64,000 bases of DNA, from the NCBI GenBank assembly GCA_964442605.1, contig CAYTZR010000002.1, positions 11,387-75,386 on the forward strand. The letters are read 5' to 3'. The notes under the pieces are model-generated. The model was given only the letters and a program-made list of their open reading frames with translations, was not told the DNA's origin and ran no database searches. Position numbers and translations under genes: made by a program. This DNA is from an uncultured Oscillospiraceae bacterium (GTDB lineage: Bacteria; Bacillota; Clostridia; Monoglobales; Monoglobaceae). Positions 48,631 through 59,188 of the stretch are shown piece by piece; position 1 is the stretch's first letter, and the number at the start of each line of letters is the position of its first letter.

Positions 48631-50391
48631 ATGATAAGAAAAACAAAAATCATTTGTACGCTGGGTCCCGCTACCGATGACCCGGATGTTTTAAGACAGT
48701 TAATGCTAAACGGTATGAACTGTGCCAGAATTAATTTTTCACACGGTACGCATAAGGATCATTTGGTTAGAATTAACGCCGTGAAGAAAATGCGTGAGGA
48801 GCTTGATTTGCCGATTGCGCTTTTGCTTGACACCAAGGGACCTGAGGTCAGAACCGGCGATTTTAAGGACGGAAGAGTTGAGCTTGAAACAGGTCAGACG
48901 TTTACGTTGACTCCAAAAAAGATTGAGGGTGACAGCACTCGTTCCTCGATCACCTACAAGCATTTGTCAAACGATGTGCATGTTGATGACAGAATACTCA
49001 TTGACGATGGTCTTATAGAGATGGTGGTTACGAATATAAAGGGCGAGGATGTTATATGCGAGGTTCTGAACGGCGGTCCTGTCAGCAATCATAAGAGTAT
49101 AAACGTGCCCGGGATTGATCTCAGCATGGAATATATGAGCGAAAAGGACGTTGATGATATTAAGTTCGGCATCGAACAGGACTTTGACTTTATCGCTGCT
49201 TCATTTGTGCGCTCCGCTTTCGATGTGATTGAAGTCAGAAGAATTCTTGAGCAAAACGGCGGTGACGAAATTCAAATAATATCAAAAATCGAGAATAAGC
49301 AGGGTGTTGACAACATTGAGTCAATATTAAAGGTCAGCGACGGAATTATGGTAGCGAGAGGCGATATGGGAGTTGAAATTTCCTTTGACGAGCTTCCCGC
49401 TATCCAGAAGAAGCTTATAAGACAGAGCTACAGCGTCGGAAAAATGGTTGTTACGGCAACTCAGATGCTTGAGAGTATCACGCATAATCCACGTCCGACA
49501 CGTGCCGAGATTTCCGATGTTGCGAATGCTGTATACGACGGGACATCCGTTGTTATGCTATCGGGCGAGACAGCCGTGGGCGAGTACCCGGTGCGCGCGC
49601 TTAAAACCATGGCAAGAATTTGCAACAAAACCGAGGAAAATATTGACTATGTAAAGAGATTTGAATCCCTACACTTAAACCAGTCTACAAGCGTTTCCAG
49701 CGCGATAAGCCATTCATCCTGCACAACCGCTCATGATTTGGGAGCTACCGCGATTGTCACGGTTTCGAAATCGGGCTATACACCGAGACAGATCTCAGCG
49801 TATCGTCCCAATTGTCCTATCATCGCGGGCTCTATGAGCAGAAAAACGTGGCGACAGCTTAATCTTTCATGGGGTATTACTCCGATCATGACGGATATGA
49901 AGAGTACAAGCGACGAGTTGTTTACTCACGCGGTAGACTGTGCCGTCAAGGAAACCGATATTGTTAAAAAGGGCGATGTAGTGGTTCTGACCGGCGGTTC
50001 GCCTGTCGGCATCAGCGGAACCACCAATGTTCTAAAGGTTCAGTTGGTTGGTGATATACTTGTTTCGGGTCAAAGCCTTACGAATAAGTCCATCAGCGGA
50101 AAAATTTGTGTCGCGAGCAGCAATAACGATGCTATCAAGAACTTTGAGGACGGAGACATTCTTGTTATCAACGAAACCTCAAACGCGCTTATTTCTCTGC
50201 TTAAAAAGGCGTCGGCTATTATCACCGAAACACCCGGCTCAACATCTCACGCTGCAATCGTAGGAATGACGCTTGATATACCCGTACTTGTCGGTGTTGA
50301 GAATGCCACAAAGATTTTGAAGAACGGAACCACCGTAACAATAGACGGCTCGAGAGGACAAGTTTATTCGGGCGTTGCTAAGATTATGTAG
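48631..50391 (+). CDS. pyk: Pyruvate kinase with C-terminal PEP-utilising domain
   Basis: KTKIICTLGPA, RINFSHG, DTKGPEVR, MVARGDMGVE, TQMLES, MLSGETA, TSHAAIV. Confidence 0.97.
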   Translation: MIRKTKIICTLGPATDDPDVLRQLMLNGMNCARINFSHGTHKDHLVRINAVKKMREELDLPIALLLDTKGPEVRTGDFKDGRVELETGQTFTLTPKKIEGDSTRSSITYKHLSNDVHVDDRILIDDGLIEMVVTNIKGEDVICEVLNGGPVSNHKSINVPGIDLSMEYMSEKDVDDIKFGIEQDFDFIAASFVRSAFDVIEVRRILEQNGGDEIQIISKIENKQGVDNIESILKVSDGIMVARGDMGVEISFDELPAIQKKLIRQSYSVGKMVVTATQMLESITHNPRPTRAEISDVANAVYDGTSVVMLSGETAVGEYPVRALKTMARICNKTEENIDYVKRFESLHLNQSTSVSSAISHSSCTTAHDLGATAIVTVSKSGYTPRQISAYRPNCPIIAGSMSRKTWRQLNLSWGITPIMTDMKSTSDELFTHAVDCAVKETDIVKKGDVVVLTGGSPVGISGTTNVLKVQLVGDILVSGQSLTNKSISGKICVASSNNDAIKNFEDGDILVINETSNALISLLKKASAIITETPGSTSHAAIVGMTLDIPVLVGVENATKILKNGTTVTIDGSRGQVYSGVAKIM

Positions 50392-50451
50392 GCTAAAATT
50401 ATTTAAGATATTATTACTTAAGATAAGATTATTAAATAGGAGAGATGTTTA

Positions 50452-50874
50452 GTGTTCAGAACAAAATTAACTGTGCGCTATTCCGAAACGGACAGCATGG
50501 GTGTTGTCCATCATTCGAGATACTTTCCGTGGTTTGAGGTCGGACGCACCGAGTTTTTCAAGTCATCGGGAATGTCGTACAGAGAGGTTGAGGAAATGGG
50601 AGTTTTGCTCCCGCTCCTTGATTGTTATTCAAAGTTTATTATCGGCGCTAAATATCAGGATGATATTTGGGTTCAGGTTGAGCTTAAAAGGCTTGGTGTC
50701 GCAAAGTGCAGATTTGAGTACAAAATCATAAGGTGCGAGGACGATGCGCTGCTTGCCGTGGGATACACAACGCACGGCTTTACCGATAAGAACTTTAAAC
50801 CGTTGAACCTCTTGAAAAAGTATCCCGAGATATACGCAAAATTGTCCGAGCTGAAAAGCGAGGACAGCGATTAA
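50452..50874 (+). CDS. Acyl-CoA thioesterase (YbgC/4HBT family)
   Basis: VRYSETDSMGVVHHSRYFPWFEVGR. Confidence 0.9.
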   Translation: MFRTKLTVRYSETDSMGVVHHSRYFPWFEVGRTEFFKSSGMSYREVEEMGVLLPLLDCYSKFIIGAKYQDDIWVQVELKRLGVAKCRFEYKIIRCEDDALLAVGYTTHGFTDKNFKPLNLLKKYPEIYAKLSELKSEDSD

Positions 50875-51044
50875 TTTTAAAGCCGGTCAACTCTTAATTT
50901 ACGGTCTTCGAAAATACGGAGTGAGGGCTAAATTTGTTGACAAAGGATATTGTTTGTGTTAGTATAATAATTAACTAAATAATATCGCGGGGGTATATTG
51001 TGACCTTTTGGGGTAAGACATAAGAGAACTTAGGAGGAACAGCG

Positions 51045-52346
51045 ATGGATTTTGTAATGAACTGCTTAAGCGTGAATGAAAGCGGCAATCTTAGTATCGG
51101 CGGTTGTGATGTGGCGGATTTAGCCGAAAGATATGGCACTCCGGCATATATTATGGACGAAGATGAAATACGCGGAAATTGCCGTGTTTATAATAAGGCG
51201 ATGCGGGAATACTACGGCGGAAACGGTTTGGTGTTATATGCCAGCAAGGCTCTGTGCTGTAAATATATATACCGCATTATGAAGGAAGAGAATATGGGAG
51301 TCGATGTCGTATCCGGAGGAGAGCTGTATACCGCTCTAAAGGCGGGATTTCCGGCGGAAAAGATTTACTTCCACGGAAACAACAAAACGGTTGATGAAAT
51401 TTCTATGGCTTTGAAAAACGGAGTCGGAAGAATAGTTGTTGACAATATATTTGAGCTTCACGTCTTAAATAAAATTGCCGGCGAGCTTGGCAAGACAGCG
51501 GATATACTGTTTAGAATAAAGCCCGGCATTGACGCGCATACGCACAGCTTTGTGCAGACAGGGCAGATTGATTCAAAGTTCGGAGTTGCGCTCGAAACGG
51601 GAGAGGCAGAGGAGATTATCAAAACTGCGGACGGACTGCAAAATATTAACGTTGTTGGTGTCCACTGCCACATAGGCTCTCAGATTTTTGAGCTTGCGCC
51701 CTTTGAACTCGCTGCCGAAAAGATGATGAACTTTATCGGCGACCTAAAGGATAAATACAGTATTGAAATCAAGGAATTAAACTTGGGCGGCGGCTACGGT
51801 ATTAAGTACACCGAAAGCGACACCCCGATAGATTATGATAAGTATATTCAGGCTGTGTCAAAGGTTGTACGCGGTATTTCCGAGAAAAGAAATATCCCGC
51901 TGCCGTTTATAGTGATGGAGCCCGGACGTTCGATTACAGCGGAGGCGGGACTTACCGTCTACAAGGCGGGAGCGGTTAAGCATATTCCCGGAGTCAGAAC
52001 ATATATATCTGTTGACGGAGGAATGGGCGATAACCCGAGATATATACTGTATCAAAGCGAGTATGAGGCAGTACGTGTCTACGATCCTTTGGCGGAAAAG
52101 AATATGACAGCGACGATTGCGGGCAAGTGCTGTGAGTCGGGAGATATACTGATTAAGAACGCGAAGCTGCCCAATATTAAAGAAGGCGACCTGATTGCCG
52201 TTTTGGCGACGGGAGCGTATAATTATTCAATGGCAAGCAATTATAACAGAATACCCAGACCGCCAATTGTTATGGTGAGCGGCGGTGAGGCAAGGCTTGC
52301 CGTAAAGCGTGAGTCGTATGACGATTTGATTGCCAATGACCTTTAA
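51045..52346 (+). CDS. lysA: Diaminopimelate decarboxylase
   Basis: YASKA, DVVSGGE, SKFG, HCHIGSQ, EPGRS, GKCCESGD, GAYNYSMASNYN. Confidence 0.97.
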   Translation: MDFVMNCLSVNESGNLSIGGCDVADLAERYGTPAYIMDEDEIRGNCRVYNKAMREYYGGNGLVLYASKALCCKYIYRIMKEENMGVDVVSGGELYTALKAGFPAEKIYFHGNNKTVDEISMALKNGVGRIVVDNIFELHVLNKIAGELGKTADILFRIKPGIDAHTHSFVQTGQIDSKFGVALETGEAEEIIKTADGLQNINVVGVHCHIGSQIFELAPFELAAEKMMNFIGDLKDKYSIEIKELNLGGGYGIKYTESDTPIDYDKYIQAVSKVVRGISEKRNIPLPFIVMEPGRSITAEAGLTVYKAGAVKHIPGVRTYISVDGGMGDNPRYILYQSEYEAVRVYDPLAEKNMTATIAGKCCESGDILIKNAKLPNIKEGDLIAVLATGAYNYSMASNYNRIPRPPIVMVSGGEARLAVKRESYDDLIANDL

Positions 52347-52361
52347 ACCGGAGGCTATTTT

Positions 52362-53045
52362 ATGTTATTAAGTATTCTGAGCAACTCACAAATGACCGCC
52401 ATGCAGAAGCTTCTGATGATACTAATCAGTATCTTTTGTGTGCTGCTGTCTCTTTCAATTCATGAGATGGGACATGGCTTGGCGGCATATCTGATGGGTG
52501 ACAGAACCGCGCAGTCAAGGGGCAGACTCAGTATTAATCCTATTCACCACATAGACCCCATAGGCGGTCTGTGCCTCTTGCTTTTTGGATTTGGCTGGGC
52601 AAAGCCGGTGCCGATTAATCCGTATAATTTTAATAATAAAAAGGGCGGCATGGTTCTGACATCTCTTGCGGGGCCGTTTACTAATTTTGTTCTGGCGTTT
52701 GTCGCGGAGATTGGTGTTGTTGCGTTGGGAAGCATGACGTTTAGCTCTGAGAATATCGCGTATGACATTGCGAGTGTGTCGTATACGATTTGCTCTTACT
52801 TGGCTATAATGAATTTGGGACTTGGTATCTTTAATCTAATTCCAATTCCGCCTCTTGACGGCTCAAAGGTTTTAAACGCTGTATTGCCAACAGATATATA
52901 TTTTAAATATATGCAATACGAGAGGTTTGGCTTTATAATACTCATTCTGCTGATGAATTTTGGGGTTTTTAACCGATTTTTGAACTTTTGTGTCAGCGGA
53001 GTGTTGAATTTTTATACCTCTATTATAAGTGTTTTTATACACTAA
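52362..53045 (+). CDS. Site-2 protease (M50 family)
   Basis: HEMGH, GWAKPVP, FNLIPIPPLDG. Confidence 0.92.
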   Translation: MLLSILSNSQMTAMQKLLMILISIFCVLLSLSIHEMGHGLAAYLMGDRTAQSRGRLSINPIHHIDPIGGLCLLLFGFGWAKPVPINPYNFNNKKGGMVLTSLAGPFTNFVLAFVAEIGVVALGSMTFSSENIAYDIASVSYTICSYLAIMNLGLGIFNLIPIPPLDGSKVLNAVLPTDIYFKYMQYERFGFIILILLMNFGVFNRFLNFCVSGVLNFYTSIISVFIH

Positions 53046-53067
53046 ACAGGATAAGTGATTTAAATAA

Positions 53068-53826
53068 ATGGAACATTTGAATTTTAAGGTTTTGGACTTT
53101 GAGGGACCGCTTGATTTGCTTCTGGCATTAATCAGAAAAAATAAGGTCAGCATTTACGACATACCTATTAATCTGATTGTTGATCAGTATTTTCACGTCA
53201 TGCGGCAAATGAAGGAGTATAACCTTGATATAGCCAGCGAGTTTTTGGTGCTCGCCGCAACCTTGCTCAGCATTAAGTCAAGAATGTTACTGCCGAAGCC
53301 TGAGGAGGAAGAAGACGATGACCCGCGAGAGGAGCTTGTTAAGAGGCTTGAGGAATATAAGCGTGTCAAAGCCGCCGCTGAATTTCTCAACGCCAGGAAA
53401 AACATAGGCGACTCGCTGTTCTTTAAAGAGCCTGATCAAATTGAAAGACCGCCTGCCGAATGGAATTATTCAAAGCTCACACCTGAAAATCTGGTTTTGG
53501 CTTATAAGCAGGCGTATCAAAAGCTGGAACGCAGGCTTCCGCCGCCAAGGGCTTCATTTGTCGGAATTGTAGGGCATGAGAAGGTTTCGGTTCGCTCAAG
53601 GGCAAAGCGGATATGGGACAGGCTTATAAGTCGTACACGGGTAATGTTTAAGGAACTGTTTGTGGGAGCGAAGTCAAAGGCTGAGGCTGTTGCGTCATTT
53701 TTGGCTGTGCTTGAGATGGTAAGACTTAACCAGATTAATGTTGAGTATGATGAGAGCGGCGACTTTTCAAATCCGATTGTAACGCGAGGCGACTCGGAAC
53801 CGGACTTGAGCGTAATCGAGGAATAA
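53068..53826 (+). CDS. scpA: Segregation and condensation protein A
   Basis: FEGPLDLLL, EFLVLAATLLSIKSRMLLP, FLAVLEM. Confidence 0.95.
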   Translation: MEHLNFKVLDFEGPLDLLLALIRKNKVSIYDIPINLIVDQYFHVMRQMKEYNLDIASEFLVLAATLLSIKSRMLLPKPEEEEDDDPREELVKRLEEYKRVKAAAEFLNARKNIGDSLFFKEPDQIERPPAEWNYSKLTPENLVLAYKQAYQKLERRLPPPRASFVGIVGHEKVSVRSRAKRIWDRLISRTRVMFKELFVGAKSKAEAVASFLAVLEMVRLNQINVEYDESGDFSNPIVTRGDSEPDLSVIEE

Positions 53827-53856
53827 GTAACTCAGGAATAATAAGGAGAAGAGGTA

Positions 53857-54438
53857 ATGGAAACCGATGCGGAGGTCAGAAGAATTCAGTCGATAATCGA
53901 AGCGTTGCTATTCGCGGCAGGCGAGGCGGTTGAGCTGGAAAAAATAGCTGACATTGTTGATGTTGACAAAAAGTCTCTAACCAAAATAATTAAAAAAATG
54001 ATGGATGAATACGATTATGAAAAACGGGGTATTCATATAATAAAGCTGGAAAATTCCTACAGGATGTGTACCAGAGGCGAGTATAAGGACTATGTATCAC
54101 AGCTTCTAAAGCCGGGGCGTAAGCTGCAGCTTTCAAACGCGGCGATTGAGGTGCTTGCTATTGTCGCGTACAAGCAGCCCGTCACACGTTCAACAATTGA
54201 ACATATTCGCGGTGTGAATTGCGACTATATAGTAAATCGTTTGATAGAGCGGCGTTTTATAGATGAGGTGGGGCGGCTGAACGACGCGCCGGGAAGACCG
54301 ATTTTGTTCGGAACCACCAAAGAGTTTTTGCAGACGTTTGGTATTGAGAGCATAAGCGATCTGCCTGAATTTGAAACATTGGCAGTACCCGAAGACGATA
54401 TTGACGCTCCTGAAGGTATTGAGCCGGAAGAGGTTTAA
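53857..54438 (+). CDS. scpB: Segregation and condensation protein B
   Basis: IEALLFA, LSNAAIEVLAIVAYKQPVTR, PGRPILFGTT. Confidence 0.95.
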   Translation: METDAEVRRIQSIIEALLFAAGEAVELEKIADIVDVDKKSLTKIIKKMMDEYDYEKRGIHIIKLENSYRMCTRGEYKDYVSQLLKPGRKLQLSNAAIEVLAIVAYKQPVTRSTIEHIRGVNCDYIVNRLIERRFIDEVGRLNDAPGRPILFGTTKEFLQTFGIESISDLPEFETLAVPEDDIDAPEGIEPEEV

Positions 54439-54441
54439 GCC

Positions 54442-55179
54442 ATGTATACAGTATTAATAATAGTCGGAATAATTGTCTTTATTATCGCTTTTATACTGTG
54501 GTCAACCATAACCGTTGAAATAGCCTCAAACGGCAAAAAAACCATAATAACTTTAAGTATGTACCGTTTTATCAAATATGAAATCGTGTTGCCCGAGAAA
54601 GATAAAGCTTCGGAGCCTAAAAATGATGCTGATGCTTCCGCTTCGGATAATAAACCGGATAATGAACAGGATAACGAATCAGACAATGAATCGAAAAGGT
54701 CTTCAAGGTTAAAGCGTGAGCTTTCAAGTATGTGGGACAGTGAGACGCGTTTTTTCGATATACCGCAGATAAAAAAGGTGTTTAACAAGTATATGAGCTT
54801 GGCAAAGAGCGGAAAGTCGGCAGTCGGCAGCTTTTTAAAGCATCTCAGACGGAAAATCAGAGTGGCAAGGTTTGATATATATTTAAGGTTCGGCATGGGA
54901 GAGCCTGACAAAACGGGTATCGCCTATGGTGCTGTGTGCGGATTGGCGGGTGCGTTAATACCTCCGCTGAGGGGATATTTTAAAATGGAAAATGAGTTCG
55001 GCTTATATTTGGATCCGAACTATGTTGCAAAATGCTTTGCGTTTGAAGCGGGAAGTATAATTAAAACGAGAGGCGCTTATGTTATCAATGCTTTAGTCGC
55101 GGCTCTTGCGGTTTTTATAATAAATTATGTTAAAGGAAGTGTAAAAAATGTCAGAAATTTCAGACAAGCATCCGATTGA
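54442..55179 (+). CDS. DUF2953 / YtfI-like membrane protein
   Basis: N-terminal TM segment; FGMGEPDKTGIAYG; position between scpB and ytfJ. Confidence 0.72.
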   Translation: MYTVLIIVGIIVFIIAFILWSTITVEIASNGKKTIITLSMYRFIKYEIVLPEKDKASEPKNDADASASDNKPDNEQDNESDNESKRSSRLKRELSSMWDSETRFFDIPQIKKVFNKYMSLAKSGKSAVGSFLKHLRRKIRVARFDIYLRFGMGEPDKTGIAYGAVCGLAGALIPPLRGYFKMENEFGLYLDPNYVAKCFAFEAGSIIKTRGAYVINALVAALAVFIINYVKGSVKNVRNFRQASD

Positions 55180-55690
55180 AGGTATTATGGCATCGGCAAT
55201 GCAGGGACTTAGGGACATGATAGACGCTAATACAATAGTCGGTAGTCCTATAAACACCTCGGACGGCACGGTAATAATGCCGATTTCAAAGGTTGCGCTG
55301 GGCTTTGGCGTAGGCGGCTGTGAGTTCCCGAATAACAAGCGTCTTTCAAGCGGAGAGTCAAAGGATACAAATAATCTTTTCGGGGGAGGAACCGGAGGCG
55401 GTTTGTCGTTAACGCCGGTTGGCTTTTTGGTTGTCGGCGGCGGAAAAATAAGAATGGTTCCTGTGAGTGAGGAAAACAGTATTTATGACAGGATTATTGA
55501 TGCTGTACCTACCGCAATCGATAAAATAAGCGAGCTTGTATCTTCTGCAAAATCCGGTAAGCGTACTGTCGTCGCCGATGATGTTCAGGATGAGGATTTC
55601 AATGATGATGAATATGAAGATGAATATGAATTTGAAGATGAAGAGAACGCTTCGGACTTTGATGACGGCGTTGAGTATAATCCGGAATAA
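55148..55690 (+). CDS. ytfJ: Sporulation protein YtfJ/GerW
   Basis: HPIEGIM, MIDANTIVGSPI, ISKVALGFGVGG, GGGTGGG..PVGFLVV; acidic tail. Confidence 0.92.
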   Translation: MSEISDKHPIEGIMASAMQGLRDMIDANTIVGSPINTSDGTVIMPISKVALGFGVGGCEFPNNKRLSSGESKDTNNLFGGGTGGGLSLTPVGFLVVGGGKIRMVPVSEENSIYDRIIDAVPTAIDKISELVSSAKSGKRTVVADDVQDEDFNDDEYEDEYEFEDEENASDFDDGVEYNPE

Positions 55691-55710
55691 TTAATAAACT
55701 GTGATATTTA

Positions 55711-55740
55711 ATGCGGACAATTTCGGTTGTCCGTATTTGT
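55711..55740 (+). terminator. Terminator after ytfJ
   Basis: ATGCGGACAA-TTTCGG-TTGTCCGTAT-TT. Confidence 0.65.
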
Positions 55741-55800
55741 ATGCATACTTAATATAATTCTGAATATACTTTTCATGGAAAGTATAAACGGAGATGAAAA

Positions 55801-56970
55801 GTGAAAATGATAAACAGATTTGTAAAGATAATATCGATATTAACCGTTTGGATTTTTGTCATTTTAATTTGCTGTCCCGTCTACGCTGTTGACACATCGG
55901 CACAGGCTGTTGTTGTAATTGAGCGGCAGTCCGGCAGAGTACTCTATAACAAAAACGGTGACATGGAGCTTCCTATGGCTAGCACGACAAAGATTATGAC
56001 GGCATATATCGCGATAAAGTATGGAAACCTCGGTGATATTGTCGAGGTAAGCGAGAACGCCGCGAGCGTTGAAGGCTCAAGTATGTATCTTGAAAAGGGA
56101 GAGCATATTACCCTTGAAAACATGTTATACGGTCTGATGCTGCTTTCGGGCAATGACGCGGCGGTAGCTATTGCCGAGGCTGTCGGCGGCAGCGTTGAAA
56201 GATTTGTTGAGATGATGAATGAGACAGCGGCTGATATGGGTCTTACTCATACTCATTTCGATAACCCCAACGGGTTGCCCTCAGATACACATTATACCAC
56301 AGCCTCAGAGCTTGCCGTAATTACAAAAGAAGCTCTCAGCGAGCCTAAGTTTGCTGAGATTGCGGCTACAATGACAAAATCCATACCGTGGGAGGGCAAG
56401 GAATATAACCGAGAAATGACAAATCATAACAAGCTTTTGACAACTCTGGACGGTTGTGTAGGCGTAAAAACCGGATACACAACAGCCGCGGGCAGATGTC
56501 TTGTTTCCGCCGTAACACGAAACGGTATGACTTTAATTTGTGTCACATTGAACGATCCGAACGATTGGGATGATCATACAAATTTACATAATGAGATGTT
56601 TGAAAAATACAGCCTTACCGATATAGTATCGGAAGAGTCCGTTGTTGATAAAATAACAGCGGCAGGAGGCTTGTTTGGCTATGCCGGGGTAAGCCCGGAT
56701 AAGACATATACATTTCCGGTATCGGAGGAGGATGTAATAGAAGTCAAAACGGACATAAACGATGACCTGAGCTTTCCTGTTAAAGCCGGAGATATTGTAG
56801 GTTCCGGCGCTGTTGTTGTAAACGATGAAACTTACGGTAATTTTAACTTAATGTCCTGCGGTGATATTGACTTGGTAAAGCTTTCAAAAGAAACATTTAC
56901 AGCCGATATAAAAAATAATGTACGATATGTATTCTCATATTGGTTAAAGCTCTTTCGGTCAATATCATAG
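55801..56970 (+). CDS. D-alanyl-D-alanine carboxypeptidase (DacB-like, S11)
   Basis: MASTTK, SGNDAA, KTG; conserved position after ytfJ. Confidence 0.9.
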   Translation: MKMINRFVKIISILTVWIFVILICCPVYAVDTSAQAVVVIERQSGRVLYNKNGDMELPMASTTKIMTAYIAIKYGNLGDIVEVSENAASVEGSSMYLEKGEHITLENMLYGLMLLSGNDAAVAIAEAVGGSVERFVEMMNETAADMGLTHTHFDNPNGLPSDTHYTTASELAVITKEALSEPKFAEIAATMTKSIPWEGKEYNREMTNHNKLLTTLDGCVGVKTGYTTAAGRCLVSAVTRNGMTLICVTLNDPNDWDDHTNLHNEMFEKYSLTDIVSEESVVDKITAAGGLFGYAGVSPDKTYTFPVSEEDVIEVKTDINDDLSFPVKAGDIVGSGAVVVNDETYGNFNLMSCGDIDLVKLSKETFTADIKNNVRYVFSYWLKLFRSIS

Positions 56971-56998
56971 AGGATAAATTAGGCGGTTTTTTCAGGAT

Positions 56999-57949
56999 TT
57001 AAAATCCGATACAATTCTCAGCCGAAAGCGCAGCGCCTATTATACCGGCATCGTTGCCTAAACGTGCGATTTCAAGCTTTGTCTGCCGTATATTTTTGCA
57101 GAAATAATTTTTTTCGCAATATTCCTTAATGGGATTTAGGAGATAGTCGCCCTCCTTACTTATACCGCCGCCTATTAACAGGATTTCCGGTTCAAATATA
57201 TTGACAATACCGCAAATACCGTCCGCGACATATTTCAAATATTGACTCACAACAGCTTTTGCGGCTTCATCACCCTGTTTTGCCGCGTCAAAAGCGGTGC
57301 GTCCGTCAATACATCCGCTTTCCGTATACGACTTTGCCATGAGTGAATTCGGGTTCTCCCGGATTGCGTCGGCGGTCTGCCATATAAGTCCGCTGACTGA
57401 ACCGTATACCTCCCAGCAGCCTTTTTTGCCGCAGTTACATTCTCTCCCGCCGTAAATAAACGATGTATGCCCGACTTCCGCGCCCGCTCCGTTAAAGCCG
57501 CGATAAATTTTACCGTCAATTATTATTCCGCCGCCTATTCCCGTGCCGAGGGTTATAAATATAAAGTCCTTAACATGCCTATCGCATACAGAGTATTCGC
57601 CATACGCGGCAGCGTTTGCGTCATTCTCTATATTGACCGGAAGGTCAATATACCTTTGCATTTCGGTTTTCAGCGGGACGTTTTTCCAGCCTAAGTTACC
57701 GGCATTAAGTACAATACCGTTAGTATTATCGATTGCGCCCGGGCTGCCGATGCCTATGGCTTTAATATCGGATACCGTCAAGCCTTCCGCGTTTATAAGT
57801 ATGCAGCAAGCGTCCGCTATATCCTTGACTATTACCTCAAAATGTCTGTCCGCCAGGGTAGGTGTTGAATACTTTCTGATAATCTTTCCCGTATTATCTA
57901 CAATTCCCGCCGCTATATTTGTGCCGCCCAAATCTATCCCTAAATACAT
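56999..57949 (-). CDS. ROK family sugar kinase (glucokinase-like)
   Basis: GIDLGGT, ENDANAAAYGE, LGTGIGGG, EVGH, CNCGKKGCWE. Confidence 0.93.
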   Translation of the reverse strand: MYLGIDLGGTNIAAGIVDNTGKIIRKYSTPTLADRHFEVIVKDIADACCILINAEGLTVSDIKAIGIGSPGAIDNTNGIVLNAGNLGWKNVPLKTEMQRYIDLPVNIENDANAAAYGEYSVCDRHVKDFIFITLGTGIGGGIIIDGKIYRGFNGAGAEVGHTSFIYGGRECNCGKKGCWEVYGSVSGLIWQTADAIRENPNSLMAKSYTESGCIDGRTAFDAAKQGDEAAKAVVSQYLKYVADGICGIVNIFEPEILLIGGGISKEGDYLLNPIKEYCEKNYFCKNIRQTKLEIARLGNDAGIIGAALSAENCIGF

Positions 57950-58037
57950 AATTATCCTCCGATATATTTATTTAGGATAATTTTATCATGATTTTACGCA
58001 TTTGTAAAGTACAAGTATCTATTTGTAAATAAATTGT

Positions 58038-58418
58038 TTAGAGCAGACTTTCTGCTGTTATGCGTTCATAATATGACAAATGCTTTATAAGTTGGTTGAA
58101 CAGGACAAACTCACCAATAAAATCCTCTTTATCGGCTATTTCGGCATATTTTGCGCTTTGAAGCAGAGAAATTTCAATTTCCTCCATTTGGTCTGTGTCC
58201 GCTGTTATTCCAATCCATGTTTTATCATCGTCCCATACGCTTTTAAGTTCACTAAGCTTATCGGAAATTTTTTGAAAATCATCGTCTTCATAGGCTGTCA
58301 TAACAGCGATGTAGGTTTCATCTACAAGCTTGTCTATATCTGACATTTTTTGATAATGGAAGCATATTAAGATTACGACCAAAGTCAGCATTACCACGGT
58401 AACAATTACTCTTTTCAT
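58038..58418 (-). CDS. DUF4363 family protein
   Basis: N-terminal TM segment, 126 aa, downstream of DUF421. Confidence 0.7.
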   Translation of the reverse strand: MKRVIVTVVMLTLVVILICFHYQKMSDIDKLVDETYIAVMTAYEDDDFQKISDKLSELKSVWDDDKTWIGITADTDQMEEIEISLLQSAKYAEIADKEDFIGEFVLFNQLIKHLSYYERITAESLL

Positions 58419-58421
58419 AGC

Positions 58422-59096
58422 TTACTTCTCCTTTTTAATAACGACTGCGTTGCCACTTTTGTCCGCGCCCATATAGAATACCTGTGATATTTTTTTGATG
58501 CCTTCTTTTTTGAGCTCGTCCATAAGCCAGCTCTTGGATAGCTTGAGGCGAATTAGATTGTTTTTTATAAGATTACCGTTATCTATTATAATATAGCTTA
58601 TCTCCGTGGGATTTACGTCAAGTCCCAAGTCTGAGGGAGTGACCGGACGGCTTATGGAATTTTGTATTACACTGACGTTTCCATTGGTTTCCATAATAAC
58701 ATATTCCACATCGCTTAGCGACGCGGCACCTCGATTTCTGACTTCTTCCAAAAGATCGCCTATACTGTAACGTTGATTTTGCATTTCCTTTTGATTAATT
58801 TTGCCGTCGCTGAAAAATGTGCTCGGTTTTCCATAAAGCAATGACCGTATATTAATATTTTTGTAGGCGATAAATGACAGAAATACTTCTAAAAATAAAA
58901 GTATTACTATAGAAACAGCGGCGGTCAGAAATGGTGTACCGGGGTCAACAACCGGGTCTGCGGCAATCTCAGATATGATAATCGTCACAACAAGCTCCGA
59001 CGGCTCCAGCTCCGCGATTTGGCGCTTGCCCATAACTCTCAGGCAAAAAACCACAAGCACATACATTATAGCGGTTCTTATGACAGTTACTAACAT
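58422..59096 (-). CDS. DUF421/YetF family membrane protein
   Basis: RVMGKRQIAELEPSELVVTIIISEIA, METNGNVSV. Confidence 0.9.
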   Translation of the reverse strand: MLVTVIRTAIMYVLVVFCLRVMGKRQIAELEPSELVVTIIISEIAADPVVDPGTPFLTAAVSIVILLFLEVFLSFIAYKNINIRSLLYGKPSTFFSDGKINQKEMQNQRYSIGDLLEEVRNRGAASLSDVEYVIMETNGNVSVIQNSISRPVTPSDLGLDVNPTEISYIIIDNGNLIKNNLIRLKLSKSWLMDELKKEGIKKISQVFYMGADKSGNAVVIKKEK

Positions 59097-59188
59097 TGAA
59101 ATCAATCCTTTTTATATTAGAATATTAATTAGTATTGCCAAATAATAAAAAAATAACGACATAGTGTGAAAACTATGCCGCGTTTTGC

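Noticed and set aside
50875-51044. Lysine riboswitch upstream of lysA
   Set aside because: The leader after the likely promoter (TTGACA 50937) is only about 75 nt and lacks L-box motifs
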